Positions 46,768 to 55,954 of a DNA stretch of 64,000 nucleotides are shown here, piece after piece; the stretch's first letter is position 1, and each line of letters begins with the position of its first letter. The DNA is from an uncultured Candidatus Saccharibacteria bacterium (lineage in GTDB: Bacteria > Patescibacteriota > Saccharimonadia > Saccharimonadales > Saccharimonadaceae): positions 211,381-275,380 of the forward strand of contig CAUVHH010000001.1 of NCBI GenBank assembly GCA_963551735.1. The letters are read 5' to 3'. The notes below the pieces were generated by a model that made no database searches, was not told where the DNA came from, and was given only the letters and a program-made list of their open reading frames with translations. Both the position numbers and the translations under genes were made by a program.

Positions 46768-47058
46768 TTATAATCCGAGACTTCCTAGCCCGCCCATCAG
46801 CGGTTTCATCTTTTCGGCAGCAATTTCCTGCGCTTTAGCCATACCGTCGCGGATAGCAATCTCAATCCAGTGTTCAAGCTGGTGGATGTTATCTAGATCA
46901 ACGTATTCTGGATTAATCTTAATCGACTTGATCTTGAGCTCGCCGGTAATTTGAACGATAACCGCGCCGTCGCCCGCCTCAACCTCGACAATTTCTTTGG
47001 CTAAAGCTTTCTGCGCTTTGCGCAAATCATTCAACATTTTCATTTGATTCAAGGCCAT
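46768..47058 (-). CDS. ybaB: Nucleoid-associated protein YbaB/EbfC
   Basis: 96 aa. MLNDLRKAQKALAKE...VEAGDGAVIVQITGELKIKSIKINPE...IEIAIRDGMAKAQE is typical, and it sits directly upstream of recR. Confidence 0.9.
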   Translation of the reverse strand: MALNQMKMLNDLRKAQKALAKEIVEVEAGDGAVIVQITGELKIKSIKINPEYVDLDNIHQLEHWIEIAIRDGMAKAQEIAAEKMKPLMGGLGSLGL

Positions 47059-47103
47059 TTTGACTCCCCTTCTTCAGAAATTAACTCTACCAATTATAAC
47101 TTA

Positions 47104-48555
47104 TTACGGCAATTTTTTGTAGACATAGAGCCGGTCGCCATTTTGGGCACGAGCGTTCGTTATAATACTCTCTAGCTGCCAGTCTTTCGGAATCTTGCGG
47201 CGGGCGGCGCGTGTCGCCACCGCTTGGGTTGCTTCGGGATTAAGCTCGGTAGCAACCGTTAAGGATTTATTGTAGTGAGCAGCTAGATTATAAATAGGAA
47301 TCTCATCCGTATCAGCCAAGAGTGTCATATTTTTTTGACGCTGCAATTGGGCATTAACTAGCGATAGATCACTATTGTAGGCGCGAACAACAGCCGGATT
47401 GTACGTATATCCGTTAAAATATTGGTTAACGCTGATATAAATTAATCCGCTGACTAGTACGCTTAATGGCAATAAACCCGCAACGCGAGCATATGGATTA
47501 CACGGAAATAGCCGATACCAATAGCGAATCAAGAAATCAAAGCCAGTAGCAACTGCAATTACCATCAGAACAAATATTACATACTGATTATTATAATTAA
47601 GCAAGGCAAGCGGCACCATAACCAAACTCATCAAGATAGTAACATAGCTACGCGCTGTATAATGCGTGGCTGCCAGGCGGCAAAAACCTAGTAAAGCAAT
47701 AGCCGTCAACGGCATAGCATAAGCTGGCCTCAGCAGACCGTCAGCAGCGCTATCGGTAGCGGCAAAACCAAACAAGCTAAGGCTCGAAAGCAGCGCATTA
47801 GTTTTGATATGAGCGAAGTCTGACGGCAAACCGAGCAGCACCTTGCCAATACCTTTTGGCTCTAGTATTAAGGCATAAACTAGCGGCGCCATCGCCGCCA
47901 AGCCGACCAGCAGCGCAATGAATAGTTTTTTCTTGGGCAGCCGCCTGATAATCGCTCGGATATGCGGATGAACTAAAGCCACGATAATTATAATTAAGTC
48001 CAGGTATACACCCATCGGCAAATAAAGCGCGACGCTCATCAACACGCCGCCAAGCACTTTCCAGAATGTATGAAAATGTTTACCGCGCGTTACATACATG
48101 CCCGCAACCATCAGCCATATTGCAACAGCGCTAAAGGTAATACCGGGCGTACCGTCTTGCGCTTGGAATAGAAAATGCGTCGAAGTTGCCAATACGATCG
48201 TCGAAATGACAGCAACATTAGGCTTGAACCAAGCGCGAATCAACATGAAAATACCTAGCATTGTCAAGGTGCCGAGCGCAATTGACGGCAGTTTAATCGA
48301 AAATTCGCTGACACCAAACACAAAAATTGATAGCCGCTGCAGTAGATAATACGGTAGATTTACCACCATCGACGGCTCAAGAGTTTGGCGCGATAGCATA
48401 CTAGCTTGGCTGACAGATTTGATTTCTTGCTCGCGCAAACCGCCAGGAGTATACAATACACCGATCCATAGCACTGCCACCAAAAGTACGGCGATGCAAA
48501 AATAACTCAAAACATAGCGATATTTATATAAAGTATAGTCCGCAGGTTTACGCAT
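47104..48555 (-). CDS. Polytopic glycosyltransferase, GT39/ArnT-like (PMT_2-type)
   Basis: The start is at MRKPADYTLY. It has at least 10 TM helices. The N-terminal loop region RLSIFVFGVSEFSIKLPSIALG resembles the ArnT/PMT family. Confidence 0.65.
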   Translation of the reverse strand: MRKPADYTLYKYRYVLSYFCIAVLLVAVLWIGVLYTPGGLREQEIKSVSQASMLSRQTLEPSMVVNLPYYLLQRLSIFVFGVSEFSIKLPSIALGTLTMLGIFMLIRAWFKPNVAVISTIVLATSTHFLFQAQDGTPGITFSAVAIWLMVAGMYVTRGKHFHTFWKVLGGVLMSVALYLPMGVYLDLIIIIVALVHPHIRAIIRRLPKKKLFIALLVGLAAMAPLVYALILEPKGIGKVLLGLPSDFAHIKTNALLSSLSLFGFAATDSAADGLLRPAYAMPLTAIALLGFCRLAATHYTARSYVTILMSLVMVPLALLNYNNQYVIFVLMVIAVATGFDFLIRYWYRLFPCNPYARVAGLLPLSVLVSGLIYISVNQYFNGYTYNPAVVRAYNSDLSLVNAQLQRQKNMTLLADTDEIPIYNLAAHYNKSLTVATELNPEATQAVATRAARRKIPKDWQLESIITNARAQNGDRLYVYKKLP

Positions 48556-48583
48556 ACTAATTATGATTATATCACGCGAGAGA

Positions 48584-49933
48584 TTATTCGTGGCGCTTAT
48601 CAAGCGACATAAAACGCAGGCGCTCTGGATGGAAATATAACTGGACTTTGCCGACTGGACCATTGCGGTGCTTGGCAATGATTAAGTCAGTAATATTGGC
48701 GACATCTGGATTGTCTGGTTCGTAATAGCCAGGACGGTAAATGAAAGTAACAATATCAGCATCTTGCTCGATGCTTCCCGACTCGCGCAGATCAGCCAGC
48801 TGCGGAATTGGCGGCGTACGACTCTCGACCGACCGACTAAGCTGACTAAGCGCTATCACTGGTACATTCAACTCGCGAGCGATAATCTTCAAGCCGCGGC
48901 TAATTTCGCTAACTTCTTGGACGCGATTGCCGTTGTAATTACCATTGGCCTGCATCAACTGCAGATAGTCGACGACAATTAACCCGAGCGTTTGATTATG
49001 CGCGATTCGGCGGGCTTTGGTGCGCATACCGAGAACGCTAAGTGCTGGCGTGTCATCGATATAAATCGGCGCTTCAGCCATTTCGCCCATAGCTTCACTA
49101 ATCTTTGCAAAGTCGTCGTCACTGAGATTGCCAGTACGAATATTCCAGCTGTCAACGCCAGCGGCATCGGCCAGCATACGATCGATCAACTGCTGCTTAC
49201 TCATCTCGAGGCTAAAGAATAGCACTGGCAGTTTAGCAATAGTCGCCACATTGTATGCCAAGTTAGTGACAAACGTCGTCTTACCCATAGCTGGCCGGGC
49301 TGCCAATATAAATAGGTCACTGCGCTGCAAGCCGGCAGTCATATTATCTAGATCTTGATAGCCGGTACGGATACCGCGCAGCTGACCTTTATTGCGGTGC
49401 AGCTCTTCGATGCGCGAAAAACTCTCGTCGAGGATAGTTTCGATACTGACCAGATCTTGTTTAATCGTTTGGTCAGAGACGTTGAATAGCTCGGCTTCGG
49501 CTTTTTCGAGGATTTCCTGGGTTGGAATTTCTTCGTCGAATCCTAACTCGCTGATTTCGCCGCTAGCTTTGATTAGGCGCCGGCGGACAGCTTTCTGAGC
49601 AACAATTTCGGCATAACTAGTAGCATGAGCAGCTGTAGGCACGTAGTTGGTTAACTCGGTTAAGTACGTCGAGCCACCAATTGTCTCGAAATTATCCGTC
49701 TTCTTGAGTTCCTCGGTTAAAGTCAAGAGATCGACTGGCTTATGCTGCTCGTACAAATGCATCATACTTTTAAAAATCAGCTGGTGCCGTTTGTCGTAAA
49801 AATCTTGTGGTTTTACTGTCTCGCTGACATCTGCTAGCACGTCGTCGTCAATCAAAATTGCTCCGAGCAAGCTCATCTCGGCGTCGATACTCTGCGGCGG
49901 TATTTTGGCAGCGACTTCTTTTTGCTTGGCCAT
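48584..49933 (-). CDS. dnaB: Replicative DNA helicase DnaB
   Basis: PPQSIDAEMSLLGAILID, Walker A AARPAMGKTTF, Walker B VVDYLQLM, and the RecA-like C-terminal domain are present. There is a 1-nt overlap (TAATG) with dnaX. Confidence 0.95.
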   Translation of the reverse strand: MAKQKEVAAKIPPQSIDAEMSLLGAILIDDDVLADVSETVKPQDFYDKRHQLIFKSMMHLYEQHKPVDLLTLTEELKKTDNFETIGGSTYLTELTNYVPTAAHATSYAEIVAQKAVRRRLIKASGEISELGFDEEIPTQEILEKAEAELFNVSDQTIKQDLVSIETILDESFSRIEELHRNKGQLRGIRTGYQDLDNMTAGLQRSDLFILAARPAMGKTTFVTNLAYNVATIAKLPVLFFSLEMSKQQLIDRMLADAAGVDSWNIRTGNLSDDDFAKISEAMGEMAEAPIYIDDTPALSVLGMRTKARRIAHNQTLGLIVVDYLQLMQANGNYNGNRVQEVSEISRGLKIIARELNVPVIALSQLSRSVESRTPPIPQLADLRESGSIEQDADIVTFIYRPGYYEPDNPDVANITDLIIAKHRNGPVGKVQLYFHPERLRFMSLDKRHE

Positions 49934-51318
49934 TACAAATTCACCTCTTCTCCTCCGCCCATAATATCAAGAATAGCGGCGGTTTGGCTATCTTTTGGCG
50001 GTTTTGGCTTAGCGCTGATGATAATTTCACGGTCAAGCTTTTGTGCCTGTAGAGCGCCAGCAAGCACTGGCAGCGACTTTTCGATTTGATTTTTAGCAAA
50101 TTTCTTACCAGCAAAAATCGTTAACTGCTGATCGTCTAATTCGTAACCGCTTTTCGCGAGATAACTATAGGCGCCAGTGGATTTTGCGTGAACAGCCTCG
50201 AGAAATTTTGACCAGTCAAAATTAGCTGTTTGATTTGGCTGGACATTTTTCTTCTTTTTTTGCGGAGTATCGCTAGCTGGCTGCGGCACGTAAACGGGTG
50301 CTGGTTCATTCACAGTCATTGGTTGCGCTGATTCTGGCTGCGCTGGCGTTGACGCCGCAGAAACATCAGAATTAGAAACATTTGTATTAGAACCAAGCGC
50401 TATCAGCAATTTGACATACGGCCAAGCGGTTTTCTGATTTGATAATAATTTGTCGGCCAGCGGCAAGCAATTAGATTTATTGATGATGTCGCTGCGGATT
50501 TCGTGCAGTAATTGCTCGCTGATAGCATTGGCTGGCACGCCTCTATGCTCAAGTGCGCGCAAGGTATCGGCGATAGTTTGTAAATCACCCGCACAATAAG
50601 CCTTTAACAGCTGTTGAATTTCAGCCGTGCTTGCTAAGCCTAGCGAATCTTCGACCATAGCGGCAGTGATTGTTTCGCTGCTTAAATTTCGCATTTGATC
50701 TAGCAGGCTAATACTATCGCGGAAGCTTCCCTGCCCATAGCGGGCAATTAGCTGCAGGGCGTCGTCGTCAATAGAAATCTGCTCGGCATCAGCAATGGTA
50801 CGCAAATGTGCGGCAACTTCGTCTTGGCTAATTGTCCGGAAATTAAAGCGCTGAACGCGGCTAAGAATCGTAGCTGGCAATTTATCGGCGTCAGTGGTTG
50901 CTAGGATAAACACAGCATGCTCGGGCGGCTCTTCAAGCGTTTTGAGCAGTGCATTGAACGCTGATTTGCTCAGCATGTGAACCTCGTCAATAATATAGAT
51001 TTTTTTGGGAGCGCTAACGGGCGCAATCTGAACCTTCTCGCGCAAATCACGGATATCTTCAACTGAATTATTGCTGGCTGCATCAATCTCGATAATGTCG
51101 AGATGAGTTGATTCATCGCGGTATGGCAAGCGATTAATTTCGTGCGCCAGAATCCGCGCAATCGACGTTTTACCAACGCCGCGCGGCCCTGTCAATAAAT
51201 AAGCATGCGCCGTCGTTCCGTTAGCAATTGCCCGCTCTAAAATCGCCGTAATATGCGGCTGCCCGACAATCTCGCTCAGCGACCGGCTGCGATATTTCCG
51301 ATATAAAGCCTTACCCAT
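49933..51318 (-). CDS. dnaX: DNA polymerase III subunit gamma/tau
   Basis: YRKYRSRSLSEIVGQ, GPRGVGKTS, IIDEVHMLS and SRVQRF are clamp-loader motifs. Confidence 0.93.
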   Translation of the reverse strand: MGKALYRKYRSRSLSEIVGQPHITAILERAIANGTTAHAYLLTGPRGVGKTSIARILAHEINRLPYRDESTHLDIIEIDAASNNSVEDIRDLREKVQIAPVSAPKKIYIIDEVHMLSKSAFNALLKTLEEPPEHAVFILATTDADKLPATILSRVQRFNFRTISQDEVAAHLRTIADAEQISIDDDALQLIARYGQGSFRDSISLLDQMRNLSSETITAAMVEDSLGLASTAEIQQLLKAYCAGDLQTIADTLRALEHRGVPANAISEQLLHEIRSDIINKSNCLPLADKLLSNQKTAWPYVKLLIALGSNTNVSNSDVSAASTPAQPESAQPMTVNEPAPVYVPQPASDTPQKKKKNVQPNQTANFDWSKFLEAVHAKSTGAYSYLAKSGYELDDQQLTIFAGKKFAKNQIEKSLPVLAGALQAQKLDREIIISAKPKPPKDSQTAAILDIMGGGEEVNL

Positions 51319-51346
51319 TTGTTATATTATAGCGCAGAATCAGCGA

Positions 51347-52234
51347 TTAAAATAGCGAAGCTTGAACTGGCGCCAAATCTAGCTGCTCAACAGTACGGCT
51401 AATGGTCATATCGTATCCGATATATTTTTTGATTGGTAAGAAAATAAAGCGGCTATTTTGCTGCATAATTAGCATACCACCAATTAGCCCTGCGAAGCGT
51501 CCAGCGATTTTTGGCTCGATTATTTCTGTTAGATCATCGCTTTTTGGTTCGATAGTTAGCATGTATGGCGATAAATCCAAGAACTCGCTGTTATCAAATT
51601 TAACGCCTAACTGCTCTGCGATCCGCTGAATTGTTTGATGTAATTTCTGCTCGGCCAGCGTCGGATCATAGCGTTCATTTGCTAGAATTGTTGCTTTCTT
51701 GCGCAGCTGCACACTCTCGCAAAGACCTGGCAGCCGGGCGATCTTCGTTTCGTATTGGCGAGCGATGTTAGCGCTGGGAAATACTTCAAGGATAGCAGCA
51801 TTGCGGGCACCTTGTTCTAACAATCGCGCTAGTTTGCGTTCAGCATAAGAAATGCCAACCTTTATCACCTCTGGCGAGAAATAAGCTAAGTATAAGATAT
51901 GCGGCTGCTGATTCAGCTCAGCCTGCTGTTGGCTGATATTGGTAGTATTGTAGAATGCTGGATTGAAGCCAGTCTTTTGCTGGCACTCTGGACATTGCTC
52001 GTATTTATCATCAAGCTGGCGGTCGCCAGGACAGCGATGACATTGCTTAGCTGCCAAATCGTACCAACCAATACATTTTTTGATACTAGTATTAAACGAC
52101 AGAGTAAATTCGCCTTGCGGCTGCATACGCCAGAACTTACCGCCATCATCCATGACGCGCAAATACGGCAAGTTACTATTAGGATCGTAGCTGACCCGTG
52201 TAAATCGAAAAGTTCCCTCGCCTAAATCATGCAT
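51347..52234 (-). CDS. Hypothetical zinc-ribbon protein (possibly DUF2797-like)
   Basis: 295-aa ORF with a CHRC...CPEC four-Cys motif. The family name is recalled from memory only. Confidence 0.55.
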   Translation of the reverse strand: MHDLGEGTFRFTRVSYDPNSNLPYLRVMDDGGKFWRMQPQGEFTLSFNTSIKKCIGWYDLAAKQCHRCPGDRQLDDKYEQCPECQQKTGFNPAFYNTTNISQQQAELNQQPHILYLAYFSPEVIKVGISYAERKLARLLEQGARNAAILEVFPSANIARQYETKIARLPGLCESVQLRKKATILANERYDPTLAEQKLHQTIQRIAEQLGVKFDNSEFLDLSPYMLTIEPKSDDLTEIIEPKIAGRFAGLIGGMLIMQQNSRFIFLPIKKYIGYDMTISRTVEQLDLAPVQASLF

Positions 52235-52269
52235 TAATACCCCTATTTGTGATGATCCAAACTTATAGA

Positions 52270-52785
52270 TTATAGAGCTGCTTCAACTGCCGCCCAGGTA
52301 GCATCAGGATTGTCTTCTGGCACAATAATAGTAACCTGATCGCCAACATTGATACGGAAATAGGTCACGCTCGCCAGCAAAATCCGATATTCTTTGCCTT
52401 GCGCTTCAACATAGTAAGCGCCGTCATGCTGCGTAAGCGTACCGATAACTTGCTTGCGGGCAACCGGGCCAATTTGCTTGTAAATGAAACCACCATCATC
52501 AGCGATAGTTAGTTTGAGGATATCGCCCTCAACTAGCTTAGACTTGCTAGCGTAATTAGCCGGTACCGGGTAATTTTTGCCATCTGGGCCGACCATCGTC
52601 TGGCCGTCGAAAACGCCCTCGATAACTTTGCCTGAAACATCCTCGCGGCTGTTAGTCGGCATCACGACTTGCCCATCTTCGCCCATTATGCTAATTAGTA
52701 GCTCTTTGGCAGCAGCCAAATTAGTCTCGGCGTCTTGAATAAGCATCTTGAGCCGCTTGACTTGTTTCTCTGGTAATTCTGACAT
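52270..52785 (-). CDS. Hypothetical protein (N-terminal coiled helix, two beta-rich modules)
   Basis: 171-aa ORF with typical local codon usage and no recognised motif. Confidence 0.55.
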   Translation of the reverse strand: MSELPEKQVKRLKMLIQDAETNLAAAKELLISIMGEDGQVVMPTNSREDVSGKVIEGVFDGQTMVGPDGKNYPVPANYASKSKLVEGDILKLTIADDGGFIYKQIGPVARKQVIGTLTQHDGAYYVEAQGKEYRILLASVTYFRINVGDQVTIIVPEDNPDATWAAVEAAL

Positions 52786-52935
52786 ACTAGTCTCGCAATC
52801 CTTTGTATGTTTTTATAATATCATTCCAATTATAACGCATCAGGATATCACGTCAACCCTTCAGGCTATCTTTCCACAAGTTTAACAGATATGAACGCAA
52901 AGTCGTTGTAAAAATCGTCGACCGCTTCAGGCATA

Positions 52936-52964
52936 CAAAAACGCCCCCAGATTTTGGAGGCGTT
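52936..52964 (-). terminator. Intrinsic terminator after rplL
   Basis: On the minus-strand RNA, CGCCUCC/GGGGGCG forms a stem (with one G-U) followed by U5. The plus-strand version carries a C-A mismatch, so the element is strand-specific. Confidence 0.6.
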
Positions 52965-53008
52965 TTCTAAAACAATACGATCGTGCGAATCTGGAAATAT
53001 ATTCGAGA

Positions 53009-53386
53009 TTAAGCGACTTCGACGGTAGCGCCAGCCTCTTCCAAGGCTTTCTTGGCAGCTTCGGCTTCGTCTTTGCTGACTTTCTCTTTGATTGGACTTG
53101 GTGCGTTATCAACCAAAGCTTTCGCCTCGCCGAGACCAAGGCCGGTTAGTTCCTTGACGGCTTTGATGACGGCGACTTTTTGGCTGCCAGCGTCTTTCAA
53201 AGTGACAGTAAATTCAGTCTTTTCATCAGCGGCGGCCGCACCAGCGTCGGCGGCTGGACCAGCAACGGCAACTGCGGCAGCAGCTGGCTCGATACCGTAT
53301 TCTTCTTTGAGGATATTCTTTAGTTCATTTACTTCGAGAACTGTCAATTTAGTCAGCTCTTCGGCAAGTTTCTTTAGGTCTGCCAT
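53009..53386 (-). CDS. rplL: 50S ribosomal protein L7/L12
   Basis: [22 protein letters not shown], an Ala-rich hinge, and the C-terminal [24 protein letters not shown] are present. Confidence 0.95.
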   Translation of the reverse strand: MADLKKLAEELTKLTVLEVNELKNILKEEYGIEPAAAAVAVAGPAADAGAAAADEKTEFTVTLKDAGSQKVAVIKAVKELTGLGLGEAKALVDNAPSPIKEKVSKDEAEAAKKALEEAGATVEVA

Positions 53387-53430
53387 AGTAATTCTCCTTG
53401 TAGTTAAAACTTTTTAATTAGATTGGTTGC

Positions 53431-53955
53431 TTAAGCGGTTGCTTTGTCTGCCACACCGTCCAGCAATGCATGCAGATTGCCAGAGAGCGCGTTGGTAACG
53501 TCGTGTACCGGACTGAGCAGTTGTGCCACAGCCTCAGCGATGAGCTGATTCTTGCTCGGCAAACCAGCCAGCGCCACCACATCGGCGGCACTCTGGGCCA
53601 AGCCCTCACCGCTGAATCCAGCGACTAGTTCGACGCTAGGATGAGTCTTTGCAAAGTCGTTAAGAACTTTAGCAGCCATCACCTCGTCGTCGCTAGAAAC
53701 AGCATAAATTAGCTGGCCTTGCAGCGCAGAAGTATCAGTCTCTTTGAACGTCTCGCTAGCGGCAAAAGCTACGCGCACCAAGCGGTTCTTGACAACTTTG
53801 ACGACTACGCCATTTTCGCGAGCAGCTTTGCGCAGCTCTTGCAATTCAGCTACGCTAGTGCCCTGGTATTTAGCCACGGCGATAGCTTTTGCACTGGCAA
53901 ACAACTCGCTCATCTCTGCAACCAAAGCTTGTTTCTTATCTTTGGAAATTGCCAT
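53431..53955 (-). CDS. rplJ: 50S ribosomal protein L10
   Basis: MAISKDKKQALVAEMSELF...YQGTSVAELQELRKAARENGVVVKVVKNRL, and it lies directly upstream of rplL. Confidence 0.92.
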   Translation of the reverse strand: MAISKDKKQALVAEMSELFASAKAIAVAKYQGTSVAELQELRKAARENGVVVKVVKNRLVRVAFAASETFKETDTSALQGQLIYAVSSDDEVMAAKVLNDFAKTHPSVELVAGFSGEGLAQSAADVVALAGLPSKNQLIAEAVAQLLSPVHDVTNALSGNLHALLDGVADKATA

Positions 53956-54132
53956 TGATAATACTCCTTTGGTTTATTTGATATTTATGCGATCGTATTG
54001 TTAAGGGGCGACATTCGGCGAGCAACAAAAAACTTTGGCGCTCGCCAAAGACTATACTACAGGAAAAGTTGATTCCCTCGGCGGCATATTAAGCAGAATT
54101 ACTCCTGCGGCCGCTGTCTCTGGCAATGTCTA
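53956..54132 (-). promoter_or_regulatory. Long rplJ 5' leader with attenuator hairpin (L10-leader-like)
   Basis: A ~177-nt untranslated leader lies between the predicted promoter and the rplJ ATG. On the minus strand, hairpin CTTTGGCG-AG-CGCCAAAG (54050-54033) is followed by T6. This arrangement matches L10-leader transcription attenuation known from Firmicutes. Confidence 0.45.
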
Positions 54133-54138
54133 ATACCT

Positions 54139-54167
54139 ATTATAGCAAATTTTGCTGCATTACACAA
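54139..54167 (-). promoter_or_regulatory. Promoter TTGTGT - 17 nt - TATAAT for rplJL
   Basis: Read on the minus strand: -10 at 54144-54139 and -35 at 54167-54162. It lies back to back with the plus-strand promoter at 54178. Confidence 0.4.
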
Positions 54168-54177
54168 TAGTAAATGC

Positions 54178-54206
54178 TTGACATATTTAGGCGTTTCTGG
54201 TACAAT
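54178..54206 (+). promoter_or_regulatory. Promoter TTGACA - 17 nt - TACAAT ending 8 nt before GTG 54215
   Basis: Hexamers are at 54178-54183 and 54201-54206 with an exact 17-nt spacer. Confidence 0.5.
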
Positions 54207-54214
54207 AGAGATTC

Positions 54215-55954
54215 GTGAGAACGAAAGCGAGCCCTGGTGTTCATACGGGGGAACATAATACGCTTAACCCTGCTGACAAGCAGGGTTTTTCCAGTCAACA
54301 ATATCCAGAGAAATATAATTCAAACGATCTAGTTGACAGTCTGGCTATTGATTATCTAAGGGCCGCCTCCCGGGAGCGTCCTGATCTGATTGAGCATGCT
54401 CATAGAGTTTATGGATTAGTTAAGGCTTTTGCCGGCGATCTTATGCCTGATACGCGCGATGCAATTATGCTGCATGATATCGTATCCCGATTCCGCAACC
54501 CAGACGGAAAATATAGCCAAGAATCGCGCGACGCTGCTGGGATAGCGCTATTAAGATACTTTACCGATCCCAGAATTCCCCATGATAAAGCACGCTATAT
54601 GCGGAATCTCTTGTCAGATTTCGACGAGATTGAGGTAGCGGCCGGCAGACATCGAAAAACATTAGCCGACGAAGCCGCTGCAAGCTTGCCAAACGAGAAT
54701 AATCGCCGTAAAGATATAGCCAGCGTCATTTCCGACAGGTACGAGGGTGTCGTTCCAAGAGAAGCTTGGGCTATATCAGAGGCTCGCATAGATCCGGAAT
54801 ACATGAAAGACTTCTTGCAGACTGTAAATATCGAATCTGTGATTATTAAAGCTTGCGAATTGATTGATAATTTGGAACATCCGGTATCCAACCGGGAGTC
54901 CGCGCTGTTGCAAGATGTTTTAGAAGCAGAATCGTTCTATGCTCCTCAGTGCGAAGAATTAGGGCTGGAAGCTTTAGGCTCGAAAATACTAGGCCTAGCA
55001 AAACGCATCCGCCTCGAGAAGTTGAACAAATTTGATTCGATAAAGCAAGCAAGAGACATGTTATTCAATATAAAGACAGTCGGCGTCAGGCGTATATTGG
55101 AGAATATTTTCGGCGACAAATACGATGTTTCGCTTGTAGTCGGCCCTGATTATAGCGGAGAATGTCCTGCCGTAGTTGGCGAGTTCGCAGCTCAACTGCC
55201 CAGCGGTCGCCTAACCTCTGGCAATTACCGCTTGAAATCTGTCGGCTCATGCGCTGACAAATCAGATCGTGATAATGGTAATATGCCTATGGATCCATTT
55301 GCTCTGATGGATATCTCGCCAGATATAGAATCATCAGCGAAAAACTTTGCCGAAATAGTTCAAATCCTTTCTGGCCTGCCAAATATCGAGCTGCAAAAGG
55401 CAACTAGCAAAAAATCCGCCATCTACATCCAGGGCGCTAGCGATTACGTCGAGATTATAACTCAGACTTTAGCTGAAGCTGGTATAGACGAATCGCAAAT
55501 TCAAATAAAAGAACAAACTGAAGCGGACATCGAAAAAAAAGGATACAAGAAAATGGAAGTTTCAAAAGTAACGTTTATCACAAGACAAGAGCATCCGTAT
55601 AAACCTGGTGAGATAATCGATATTCCTATCGAGTTTCAGTTTTTGACCAAAGATGAACGCCAACGATCACGAACTGGCGACATCGCCCATATAGCTTACA
55701 AACATATTGATACTAAACTTAAGAAAGAAGGTTACTACGAGCTGCCCGACGACGATCCTAAAAAGAAAAGACTGGACAAAGAAGCTCGTAAAACGCGCAA
55801 GCTATTCGTAGGAGTCCTCAACGACATCCATGATCGCATGAGCCGCTTGAACCCTGATAGCTATGAAACCAACGGCCAGTCAGACGAAGGCGGCGAGAAG
55901 TTATTTTGTGAACTTGAACACCTTTTGCAAGAGCTGGATATAATTAAATTATAA
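54215..55954 (+). CDS. Divergent RelA/SpoT-homologue-like protein (HD-type N-terminal domain plus synthetase-like C-terminal region)
   Basis: 579-aa ORF. HD-like: EHAHRVYGLV...AIMLHDIVSRF. Synthetase-like: YRLKSVGSCADK, DPFALMDI and IPIEFQFLTKDERQRSRTGDIAHIAYKH, compared with the RSH pattern E-x-Q-I-R-T...H-x-x-YK. The only canonical in-frame start upstream of the HD motif is GTG 54215. Confidence 0.65.
   Translation: MRTKASPGVHTGEHNTLNPADKQGFSSQQYPEKYNSNDLVDSLAIDYLRAASRERPDLIEHAHRVYGLVKAFAGDLMPDTRDAIMLHDIVSRFRNPDGKYSQESRDAAGIALLRYFTDPRIPHDKARYMRNLLSDFDEIEVAAGRHRKTLADEAAASLPNENNRRKDIASVISDRYEGVVPREAWAISEARIDPEYMKDFLQTVNIESVIIKACELIDNLEHPVSNRESALLQDVLEAESFYAPQCEELGLEALGSKILGLAKRIRLEKLNKFDSIKQARDMLFNIKTVGVRRILENIFGDKYDVSLVVGPDYSGECPAVVGEFAAQLPSGRLTSGNYRLKSVGSCADKSDRDNGNMPMDPFALMDISPDIESSAKNFAEIVQILSGLPNIELQKATSKKSAIYIQGASDYVEIITQTLAEAGIDESQIQIKEQTEADIEKKGYKKMEVSKVTFITRQEHPYKPGEIIDIPIEFQFLTKDERQRSRTGDIAHIAYKHIDTKLKKEGYYELPDDDPKKKRLDKEARKTRKLFVGVLNDIHDRMSRLNPDSYETNGQSDEGGEKLFCELEHLLQELDIIKL

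Noticed and set aside
55949-55954. 6-nt convergent overlap of the RSH-like and tmk stop regions with no terminator between them
   Set aside because: Tail-to-tail overlaps are common in compact genomes, and nothing beyond tight packing is indicated.
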